From: an uncultured Actinomycetes bacterium
GTDB lineage: Bacteria; Actinomycetota; Thermoleophilia; Gaiellales; Gaiellaceae
Direction: 5' to 3'
Length of the DNA stretch: 64,000 bases
Assembly: GCA_963839745.1 (NCBI GenBank)
Contig: CAWIWC010000010.1
Coordinates: forward strand, 508,410 to 572,409
The notes beneath the pieces were generated by a model that did no database searches, was not told the DNA's origin, and was given only the letters and a program-made list of their open reading frames with translations. Of the stretch, positions 18,544 through 29,706 are shown one piece after another (position 1 is the first letter of the stretch; the number at the start of each line of letters is the position of its first letter). The translations under genes were made by a program, and so were the position numbers.

Positions 18544-19340
18544 CGCACCTCCTCGTGCGTCCGCTTGTCTGTACTGACGAGCTCCTCGAAAAGCGACCGG
18601 TAACGGACCATCGCCTCACGGAGGTCCTCGGTACTCGCCTCGCCCCGGTCGTAGGCCTTCGCAGTCGTGTGGGCTTCTCGATAGTTCTCCACGACGGTTG
18701 GATGATCCACCGAAATGAGATCCGCGCGCGAATCGAAGTCCTCGAACTGGGTAACCGCGCCGCGCATAGGACCATCCGCGGCGTAGTCGTAGACGAGCAC
18801 TGCCCAGCGTCCGAACTGAAAGCCGAGATAGTCGTCGCCTGGCTTCCACTCGCCCAGCTCCCCAGTAGCGGACCGGCTTCGCCGGCGACCTCCGCATCGT
18901 GGTGCGAAAAAAGCAGCGGCGGCTTACCGCGGTTGAGAGAAAGGAGGACGTGGTCGAGCTCGCCGAAGAAGATCTGGAAGTCGCGTCTGACTGTGTCGCT
19001 CCGTTCAGGCGCCGGGCTCTCGCCCTGGAGACTTCCCTCAGCTATAAGGGCCGACGCCCAGCGCGGCAATCCTGAGCTTTGGCGGGTAGATGAGCTCGGC
19101 GGTCGTCCCGTCCGGAAACGTGACCGGCAGAACGACCCGGTGTCCGTCACGAGAGGTTGCCGGGGTGAAGCGAAAGTCGCTTGCCTCGCCACTGCCACTC
19201 GCGGCCTTGGCGGCAGCTGGATCGGTCGTCGCGGTTGCACGTTCGGCCTGGTTGGTCGGCTCCCGCGTTGCTCCTCCGCAGCCGGCGGTCACGAGTAGCG
19301 CAAGGACAAGTGCTTTGGCCTGGACGAGCGAGGCCGCCAT
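18540..19340 (-). pseudogene. Lipoprotein with C-terminal STEDLR..RYRSLF module; at least 2 frame changes
   Basis: The ATG at 19340 opens MAASLVQAKALVLALLVTAGC (signal peptide plus lipobox). The protein continues through the 18440..19240 frame (DFQIFFGELDHVLLSLNRGKPPLLFSHHDAEVAGE) into ORF 18540..18800 (LVYDYAADGPMRGAV...GEASTEDLREAMVRYRSLFEELV). Its TGA overlaps the ATG of the downstream gene (ATGA). Confidence 0.5.
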
Positions 19341-19381
19341 TCCCTGAATACGAAGATCATTGAGGAACCGGTCCGCCCGTC

Positions 19382-20254
19382 TCAACGCGCCCTGGTTGCG
19401 CGTTCGAGAGCCCGCGCGACCGGTGGCATGTGCGGGGAGCGCCACACGTGTCGCTCTTCGAAGGGCCAGGCGTAGATCGGGCTGCCGTCGCGAACCAGCT
19501 CGAGCAGGCGTGGCTCGCCGAGCTCCACGGCGGACCACTCGTAGATGCGTTGCAGCCGCGGCACGATCACCGCGTAGTCGAGCAGCCGGCCAAGACGCTG
19601 CTCGTCGGCGATGTAGCGCTCCACGTCGAGCGCGAGCGGATAGCGGTTTGGGAGCACGCGGCGGAGTGAGAGAAAGACACCGGCCATCCCGAGCCGGGGG
19701 TCGCCGAGCAGGCGGCTGAGCGGAGCGAACCGTCCCAGCGCCAGGCGAGGCGCCCCGACGAGTGCATGCGCGTAGAGCACGCGGACCAGCGCGACGTTCA
19801 TGAAGAAGCGCTCCGACGCGCTCTCTGCTTCGGCGAGGTCGCGGTGCTCGAGGTAGGCACCCACGATGCTCGAGTTATGAGCTCGGTACCAGTTCCGCCC
19901 CGTCGGTCTCGCGATGAACTCCAGCCACAGCTGCACGGGCCGCGACGACGGCTCTCCGGCCAGGCCGCCGACGAGTGCGACGGATTCGCATCCGTCTCGC
20001 AGCAGTCGCTCGTTGACCGCCCGCCACCACACGCTGCCGGGCGGCGAGGCGTCGAGCGGATTGAGCACACCGCGATGCGCTTGCCAGCGCATGAACGAGA
20101 GCGCCGCCCGCCGGAACGGCAGGTGTTGCGGGGCACGGCCGGTCGGCCCGTGGTAGGTCCGCACGATCAAGGCAATGCGCGCCGCGGGATCGTCGCGCGC
20201 GGCCGCGACCTGCGCCTCGGCCGAGGCGAGGGCAGCGCTTGCGTGCTGGGTCAT
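19382..20254 (-). CDS. Hypothetical protein (~290 aa), no family recognised
   Basis: This is the part of ORF 19382..20632 from the ATG at 20254 (MTQHASAALASAEAQV...). Its composition is globular and it is intact. Confidence 0.5.
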   Translation of the reverse strand: MTQHASAALASAEAQVAAARDDPAARIALIVRTYHGPTGRAPQHLPFRRAALSFMRWQAHRGVLNPLDASPPGSVWWRAVNERLLRDGCESVALVGGLAGEPSSRPVQLWLEFIARPTGRNWYRAHNSSIVGAYLEHRDLAEAESASERFFMNVALVRVLYAHALVGAPRLALGRFAPLSRLLGDPRLGMAGVFLSLRRVLPNRYPLALDVERYIADEQRLGRLLDYAVIVPRLQRIYEWSAVELGEPRLLELVRDGSPIYAWPFEERHVWRSPHMPPVARALERATRAR

Positions 20255-20576
20255 CGCCGAGTAGTGATAGCGGAGGGCAGCGAGAATCGACCGAGGAGTG
20301 GGTCCGCCTCCAGCGGGAGCAGTGGGAATCGCTGCCGAGTGCCAGCCAGACCCGTCGCCCCAGATTCTGGGTGTTTCGCGTGAGTTTGTCCGGGAAGAAA
20401 GAGGCGTCCGCGGTGTTGAGAGGAAACGGCCGTGCCTCTTGCAACGAAGACAGGAACGGCAATACCTACCGAGCTGGATCGGGAGCCTCAGGGCTCGTCG
20501 AACTCTGGCCGCGCCGCGGGAGGCCGGGGACGGATGTGACGTTCCCGGGGGGTTTATTCGAAGGAGGGAGTAGAAC

Positions 20577-20951
20577 GTGACCAGCACTGACATCTGGACA
20601 TACCGGGAGTCCGGCGCCCTCGGTGTCGACATGGGGCGCGGCGTCGACGTGACCGGCTACAGCGTCGAGGCCGTCGACGGCGGTATCGGCAAGGTCGATG
20701 AGGCCACGTACGACGTCGGCTCGAGCTACCTCGTGGTCGACACCGGCCCTTGGATCTTCGGCAAGAAGGTCCTGCTTCCGGCAGGCGTCGTGGATCGGAT
20801 CGACGCCGTGGCGGAGACCGTCTACGTCAACCGGACGAAGGACCAGATCAAGGACTCGCCCGAGTTCGACGAGTCGAACTACCAGGACGTCGGCTACAGG
20901 TCCGAAGTCGGCAGCTACTACGGCCCCGAGGGGCGCGGCTACACCGGCTAG
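20577..20951 (+). CDS. PRC-barrel domain protein
   Basis: The 124-aa ORF has a GTG start after GGAGGGAG. The pattern VTGYSVEAVDGGIGKVDEATYDVGSSYLVVDTGPWIFGKKVLLPAGVVDRID is typical of PRC-barrel proteins. Confidence 0.8.
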   Translation: MTSTDIWTYRESGALGVDMGRGVDVTGYSVEAVDGGIGKVDEATYDVGSSYLVVDTGPWIFGKKVLLPAGVVDRIDAVAETVYVNRTKDQIKDSPEFDESNYQDVGYRSEVGSYYGPEGRGYTG

Positions 20952-20969
20952 CAACAAGCACGGAGCGAA

Positions 20970-21004
20970 GCAGGCCGGCGGCTAACGACATGCCGCCGGC
21001 CTGC
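20970..21004 (+). terminator. Intrinsic-terminator-like hairpin after the PRC-barrel gene
   Basis: A 12-bp perfect stem, GCAGGCCGGCGG (20970-20981) / CCGCCGGCCTGC (20993-21004), encloses an 11-nt loop. Confidence 0.55.
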
Positions 21005-21017
21005 CTATGCTCCGCTT

Positions 21018-21308
21018 GTGACCGCAGTCGACTGGGACGACTTCGATTTCGAGCCTCTGGTCCACGAGCTCCGTGAGGGTGTCGGAGGCCCGGACGGAGA
21101 GAGAATGATCTGGGCGTTCGAGCGGGCCCTGGGCGTGGCTCGAATCGATCCCGACCTCCTGGAGTACGTCCTGGCGGCGGTCGTATGCCTGCTGGCGCGC
21201 TCGAAGGATCAGTCGCCACGAGCGGTGCTCGAGGCATTCGGTCGCCGCTCCATCTCCGACCGCGAGTGGCACGAGCGCTACGTCGACCTCTTTCCTGTCT
21301 CGCTCTAG
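21018..21308 (+). CDS. Hypothetical protein (96 aa)
   Basis: This is an intact ORF with a GTG start and an acidic helical composition. I recognise no family. Confidence 0.4.
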   Translation: MTAVDWDDFDFEPLVHELREGVGGPDGERMIWAFERALGVARIDPDLLEYVLAAVVCLLARSKDQSPRAVLEAFGRRSISDREWHERYVDLFPVSL

Positions 21309-21350
21309 CCGCTCCTGGACAAGTTCCCGAAGAGGAACCATGATCGAAGA

Positions 21351-23108
21351 ATGGGGACAAGCGTTTGCGGCCACGCCCGTCTTCGCCTCTCGACGACGAC
21401 CCGGCTCCTGCTGGTCGGCGTCGTCCTGACTGCCGCCCTCTGGCTCACGTCTCACGCGCAGGCAGCCGTCACGGCTTCGGTCGCCCGCGGCACGCTGACC
21501 GTCATGGGTAGCGCTCCCGGCGAGCGGATCGCCTTGCGGTTGGCTTCCGGCGGGCGCCTCGTGGTCGACGTGGGGGACGGCAGCGCGAACTTCACGTTCC
21601 TCCGGAACCGGTTCACCAGGATCGTCGTGAAGGGCGGCCTCGGAAACGACCGCCTGCGGATCGACGAGTCCCGGGGCGCGTTCACGAACACCGAGCGCAC
21701 GACCTTGAACGGCGGGCCCGGCGGGGACACGCTGAACGGCGGCCGCGGCGCCGAGACCCTGAACGGCTTCACGGGCATCGACACGGTCGACGGCAACGCG
21801 GGCAACGACACGGCAGTCTCGGGGCCGGCAACGACACCTTCATCTGGGATCCAGGCGACGGCAGCGACGTGGTCGAGGGCGGCAGCGAGCCGACACGCTG
21901 CGCTTCAACGGCTCTGCCGGGGCGGAGATTTTCGCCGCCTCGGCCAACGGCTCCGAGCTGAGCTTCACGCGCAACCTCGGCAACATCGTCATGGACATCG
22001 ACGACGTCGAGACGGTGGCGGTGAATGCCCTCGGCGGCGCCGACACCGTCACCGTCAACGACCTGCCGGCACCGACGTGACGACCGTCAACATCGATTTC
22101 GGTGTCGCGGGGCGGCGACGGCGCCGCCGACAACGTCATCGTCAACGGCACCGCCGCGGCGGACGTCATCCAGGTGATCTCGATCGGCACCACCGTGCAG
22201 GTCAACGGGCTGGCCGCTCAGGTGAACATCGTCGAATCGGAGGCGGCCAACGACCGCGTCATCGTCAACGGCCTCGGCGGCAACGACACGCTTCCGGCGG
22301 GGCGCCTCGCCGCGCTGATGCAGCTCACGCTCGACGGCGGCGACGGCAACGACACGCTCAACGGCGGCAACGGCGCCGACACGCTGATCGGCGGTGACGG
22401 CAACGACACCGATCGACGGCAACCAGGGCAACGACACGGCTCTCTCGGCAACGGCAACGACACGTTCGTCTGGGACCCGGGCGACGGCAGCGACATCGTC
22501 GAAGGCCAGGGCGGCACCGACACCCTGCTCTTCAACGGCTCGGCGGGCGCGGAGATATTCACGGCCTCGTCCAACGGCGGGCGGCTGCTCTTCACCCGCA
22601 ACGTCGGCAACATCATCATGGACACGGACGACGTCGAGAACCTGACGCTGAACGCCCTGGGCGGCACCGACACGGTCACGATCAACGACCTGACGGCGAC
22701 GGACGTGACCGCCGTGAACGTCAATCTCGGCGTCGCCGGCGCCGGCGACGGCGCCATCGACGCGGTCACCATCAACGGCACTGTGGGCATCGACGTGATC
22801 GGCGTTTCGGGCAGCGGCGGCTCGGTGACCGTCGCGACCAACGCGTACACGATCGCGATCACCAACGCCGAGCCGGCCAACGACACGCTGACGGTCAACC
22901 TCTCCGGCGGCGACGACCTCGTCAGCGCCTCCGGGCTGGCCAACACGAGCGTCGTCCTGACGCTCAACGGCGGCGACGACAACGACATCCTCGTCGGCAG
23001 CAGGGGGACGACACCATCAACGGCGACGCCGGCAACGACTACGTCGACGGCGGCCCGGCATCGACAGCCTCCGTGGCGGGCTGCGAGACGACGGTCAACA
23101 TCCCCTAG
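21351..23108 (+). pseudogene. Secreted calcium-binding-repeat (GGxGxD / RTX-like) protein with two ~210-aa internal modules; at least 5 frame changes
   Basis: A signal peptide is present (LLLVGVVLTAALWLTSHAQA). Repeats include GGPGGDTLNGGRGAETLNG, GGDGNDTLNGGNGADTLIGGDGNDT and GNDTF.WDPGDGSD.VEG. The pieces are spread over ORFs 21351.., 22102.. and others. The end is ...GNDYVDGGPGIDS... with a TAG at 23106-23108. Confidence 0.7.
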
Positions 23109-23148
23109 AGATTTCAGCTGACGGCGCGGCGGTTTATCCTCCGCAGCC

Positions 23149-25429
23149 ATGAGCGTCGCCGAGCCAGCCCCGCCTTCCTGCGCCAGGACGGCAAGGAGAA
23201 GGTCACCGGCTCGGCCGGTACACCGCCGACCTGAACCTCACGGGGCAGCTGCACGCGAAGTTCCGCTACGCCGACCACACGCACGCGCGCATCGTCTCCA
23301 TCGACACCGGCAAGGCGCGGGCGATGCCGGGCGTGTTCGCCGTGCTCACGCACGAGGACGTCCCGGACGTGCTCTACGGCGACATCGTCCAAGGACCGCG
23401 GCTCTTCGCGAACGAGAAGGTGCGCTTCGAGGCCGACATCGTCGCCGCCGTCGCCGCGCTGACGCCGGAGATCGCGGCCGCCGCGGCGGCCGCGATCGAG
23501 GTCGAGTACGAGCCGCTGCCGGCGGTGAGCGACATCGAGGCGGCGACGCCGAGGGCGCGCCGCTGATCCACGAGGAGTGGGAGTCGTACGAGGCCGACGA
23601 GGAGCTCGGCCTCAACGGCAACATCCTCGGCTACTCGACGATCGTGAAGGGCGACGCCGACGCGGCGATCGACGGGCGCCGACGTCGTCGCCGTCGTGAA
23701 GGGCCGCTACGTCGCCGACGGCGTCGCAGGGCGCGCCGATCGAGCCGCGGGCGCTGCTCGCCGCAGTGGCACGGCGACAGCGTGACGGTCTGGAGCTCGA
23801 CGCAGGTGCCGTTCGCGGCGCGCGCGGGCGTCGCCCACGTCCTGCAGATGCCCGAGTCGCACGTGCGCATCGTCGTCCCGCTGCTCGGCGGCGGGTTCGG
23901 CTCCAAGTGCGACTTCCACTTCGAGGGCCACGTGGCCGCGCTCGCCGGGCGGCCGGCCGGCCGGTGAAGCTCGTCTTCTCGCGCGAGGAGGAGTTCATCG
24001 CGCCCGACCACCGCCGCGAGGGGATGGTCATCGAGCTCGAGACCGGCGCCCGGCGCGACGGGACGCCTCGTCGCCCGCCGCGGCCGGCTCGTCCTCGACG
24101 GCGGCGCCTACTGCGGCGAGGGCGGCTTCTTCGCGCAGATGGCGGCGATGCACGCCTGCGGCCCGTACATGGTCGAGAACGTCAACGTCGATTCGACGCT
24201 CGAGTACACGAACAACCAGCCGTCCGGCTCGATCCGCGCGCCGACGGCGCCGCAGGTCTGCTGGGCGCTCGAGCAGCACATGGACGAGCTCGCCGCGGCG
24301 CTCGACCTCGACCCGGTCGAGCTGCGCCGCGCACGCTCGTCGCAGGAGGGCGACGAGGGGCCGACCCGCCAGGTCTTCGGGCCGATCGCCATGAAGGAGA
24401 CGCTCGAGCCGCGCCGTCGAGCTGATCGCGCCGGACAGCGAGCTGCCCGACGACGAGGCGATCGGCGTCTCGTGCGGCTGGTGGCCGTCCTTCGGCAACC
24501 CCGCGGGCGCTACGTGAAGCTCAACGCCGACGGCTCCGGCACGATCATCACCGGCGCCCAGGAGAACGGCAGCGGCGCCGTGATGGGGCTGCCGCTCCTC
24601 GTCGCCGAGGTGCTCGGCATGGCGCCCGACGGACTTCTCGATCCTCTACCAGGACACCGACGCGGCCCCTGGGACGCGGGCTCGTCGGGCTCGCAGACGA
24701 CCATGAACAACGGGCGCGCCGTCGTCGCCGCCGCGGTCGAGGTGCGCGAGCAGCTGCTCGACCTCGCCGCCGAGGAGCTCGAGGTGTCGCGCGAGGACCT
24801 GGAGCTCGCCGGCGGCAAGGTGCAGGTCGTCGGCTCCCCGGCGAAGGCGGTCGAGATCGCCGAGCTCGCCGGAGTCCGGCGACGCCGCTCCTCGGCAAGG
24901 GCTCGGGGCCCGTGCCCGAGGACCCGCCGTGCGACGCGGAGGGCTGCCTCGGCCGCCTCGGCATGGAGTCGTTCCTCGAGCCGCAGGTCTTCACCCACGC
25001 CGCCCGCGTCAAGGTCGACCGCGAGACGGGCGTCGTGCGCGTGCTGCAGGTCGCCGCCGTCGCACGACTCGGGCATGATCATCAACCGCATCGGCGCGAG
25101 CGGCCAGGTCTTCGGCGGCATCGTCATGGGCATCGGGCAGGCGCTCCTCGAGGCCTCCCAGCTCGACGAGGACGGCCGCCAGCGCAACCCGCACCTCCTC
25201 GACTACAAGCTCGTGACCGCCGCCGACGCGCCGCGCATCGACGTCGAGTGGATCGAGACGCCGGCCGAGAACGGCGGCCCGAAGGGCCCAAGGGAGTCGG
25301 CGAGCCGCCGACCGTGCCGACTCCGGGCGCGATCGCGAACGCGATCGCCAGGTGGTCGGGGGCCGGGTCCGCGAGCTGCCGATGACGCCCGAGCGGGTCT
25401 GGGCCGCGGCAGCCGAGAACGGCCGTTGA
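23149..25429 (+). pseudogene. Xanthine dehydrogenase / aldehyde oxidase / CoxL-type molybdopterin-binding large subunit; at least a dozen frame changes
   Basis: Colinear hallmark segments occur in all three frames:
- FLRQDGKEKVTGSA;
- YTADLNLTGQLHAKFRYADHTHARIVSIDT;
- QWHGDSVTVWSSTQVPF;
- VPLLGGGFGSKCDFH;
- [12 protein letters not shown];
- [24 protein letters not shown];
- [18 protein letters not shown];
- [17 protein letters not shown];
- [28 protein letters not shown];
- [18 protein letters not shown].
The stop is at 25427-25429. Confidence 0.85.
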
Positions 25430-26317
25430 CCCCGCGTTCGTCTCGGCGCAGAGCCTCGACGAGGCGCTCTCGGCGCTGGCCGGCGGCGCGCGTCCGGTCG
25501 CGGGCGGCACCGACCTCGTCGTCGGCGCCCGGCAGGGCAAGCTCCGCTGCCGGAGAGCATCGTCGCGATCCACCGCATCGAGGAGCTGCGCGGCCTGGCG
25601 ACGCGGACGGGCGGCTGCGCCTCGGCGCGCTCGTGACGCACGAGGAGATCGCGGCCGAACCGGCCGTCCGCGAGCGGCTGACGGCGCTCGCCGACGCGTC
25701 AGCGATCGTCGGGTCCCACGCCACGAGGGCGCAGGGCACGGTCGGCGGCAACGTCATGAACGCCTCGCCGGCGATGGAGCTCGGCGGGCCGCTGATGGTC
25801 TTCGGCGCCGAGGCGGTGCTGCGCTCCGCCTCGGGCGAGCGGCGCGTCCCGGCTGACCGAGCTCCTGACGGGGCCGGGCGCGACCTCTGCGCGCCGGGAC
25901 GAGCTGCTCACCGCGGTCGAGATGCCGTTCCCGCCCGACGGGAGCGGCAGCTGCTACGCCCGGCTCGAGTACCGGCGGCAGATGGAGATCGCGGTCGTCG
26001 GAGCCACCGCGGCCGTGACGCTCGCCGGCGGCAAGGTCGAGCAGGCCCGCGTGGCGATCACCGCGCTCGCGCCCACGATCCGGCTGGTGCCGAGGCCGAG
26101 GAGGCGCTGGTCGGCTCGGACGGCGGTGCCGAGGCGGTCGCAGGCGGCAGCGCAGGCCGCGGCGGCGTCCGAGCCGATCTCCGACGTCCGGGCTCGGCCG
26201 ACTACCGGCGCGCGATGGCCGAGGTCGTCGCGCGCCGCGTGCTGACGGCCGCCGTCGCGCGCGCCCGGGGCGAGGCGATCGCGTGCCTGCCAGCTCGGCC
26301 CTCTTCGGGGCGGCGTC

Positions 26318-26321
<4 letters not shown>
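25426..26321 (+). pseudogene. FAD-binding (CoxM/XdhB-type) medium subunit; at least 5 frame changes
   Basis: Segments seen are [93 protein letters not shown] and [17 protein letters not shown]. The start overlaps the stop of the upstream gene (GTTGA), and the stop overlaps the GTG of the next gene. Confidence 0.75.
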
Positions 26322-28762
<2,441 letters not shown>

Positions 28763-28863
28763 GCCTCAAGCTGATGCGGTCCCGGCGAAAGCCGGGGACC
28801 GCGCCTGCTCGAGCTATGACGGATCGTCCAGGCCGTCCCTGAAAAATCTCTCGCACTCCGCAG

Positions 28864-28892
28864 TTGACATGTAACCATACGGTTACATAACA
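28864..28892 (+). promoter_or_regulatory. Candidate promoter (-35 TTGACA) overlapped by a perfect palindrome, likely the autoregulatory operator of the ArsR-type gene
   Basis: TTGACA lies at 28864-28869. The palindrome ATGTAACC-ATAC-GGTTACAT lies at 28869-28888. The A/T-rich element CATAACA sits 16-17 nt after the -35. The ATG of the ArsR-family gene is at 28900. Confidence 0.5.
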
Positions 28893-28899
28893 TCTCGGC

Positions 28900-29661
28900 A
28901 TGGACGAGGTTTTCAAGGCGCTCGCAGACCCTACACGCCGGGGCCTCCTGGACGAGCTCTACAGGGAGGACGGGCAGTCGCTGACCGCACTCGAGCGGCG
29001 TCTGCCCATGACGCGCATCGCGGTCATGAAGCACCTGAAGGTGCTCGAGGGCGCCGGCCTGGTGACCACCAAGCGCCGCGGCCGCGAGAAGCTCCACTTC
29101 CTGAACCCCGTCCCGATCAGGCTCGTCCACGACCGCTGGGTGAGCAAGTACGCCGAGCCCTGGGCCGCCACGCTCACCGGGCTCAAGACAACGCTGGAGG
29201 CCGAGATGGAAAAGGTGTTCGAGATCTACATCAAGACCACGCCGGAGCGCCTGTGGGAGGCGATCACCGATCCCGACCTGCGGGCGCGCTACTCGTTCGG
29301 GGTGCGCGTCGAGTCCGACTGGACGAACGGCTCCACGTACGAGTCCAATGCCGGCGAGCTCGCCATCGCGGCGGGCGAGAACCTCGAGGTCGATCCGCCG
29401 CGCCGGCTCGTCCAGAGCTTCAACGCGCTCTGGAGCGACGACGTGAAGGCCGAAGGGACGTCCAGGGTCACGTGGGAGATCGAGCCGGTGGGCGACTCGT
29501 GCCGGCTGCTCGTCACGCACGACCAGCTGCGCGAGGGCGCGCACGAGGAGGTCTACGGCGGCTGGCCGCAGATTCTCTCCGGGCTGAAGACCCTGCTCGA
29601 GACAGGGGAGAACCTGACCACGCACGGCTCGCTGCTGTACGCGGAGCCCTGGTCGACGTAG
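28900..29661 (+). CDS. ArsR-family HTH regulator fused to an SRPBCC/AHSA1 (activator of Hsp90 ATPase homolog-like) domain
   Basis: The 253-aa intact ORF has an N-terminal FKALADPTRRGLLDEL...MTRIAVMKHLKVLEGAGLV (ArsR wHTH). The C-terminal FEIYIKTTPERLWEAITDPDLRARY...VTWEIEPVGDSCRLLVTHD is SRPBCC-like. Confidence 0.85.
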   Translation: MDEVFKALADPTRRGLLDELYREDGQSLTALERRLPMTRIAVMKHLKVLEGAGLVTTKRRGREKLHFLNPVPIRLVHDRWVSKYAEPWAATLTGLKTTLEAEMEKVFEIYIKTTPERLWEAITDPDLRARYSFGVRVESDWTNGSTYESNAGELAIAAGENLEVDPPRRLVQSFNALWSDDVKAEGTSRVTWEIEPVGDSCRLLVTHDQLREGAHEEVYGGWPQILSGLKTLLETGENLTTHGSLLYAEPWST

Positions 29662-29675
29662 ACGCTCGCGGCGAG

Positions 29676-29706
29676 GAAGGCGCCGTCGCCCCGCGGCGGC
29701 GCCTTC
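29676..29706. terminator. Hairpin between convergent genes (bidirectional terminator candidate)
   Basis: A 10-bp perfect stem, GAAGGCGCCG (29676-29685) / CGGCGCCTTC (29697-29706), encloses an 11-nt loop. Confidence 0.5.
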
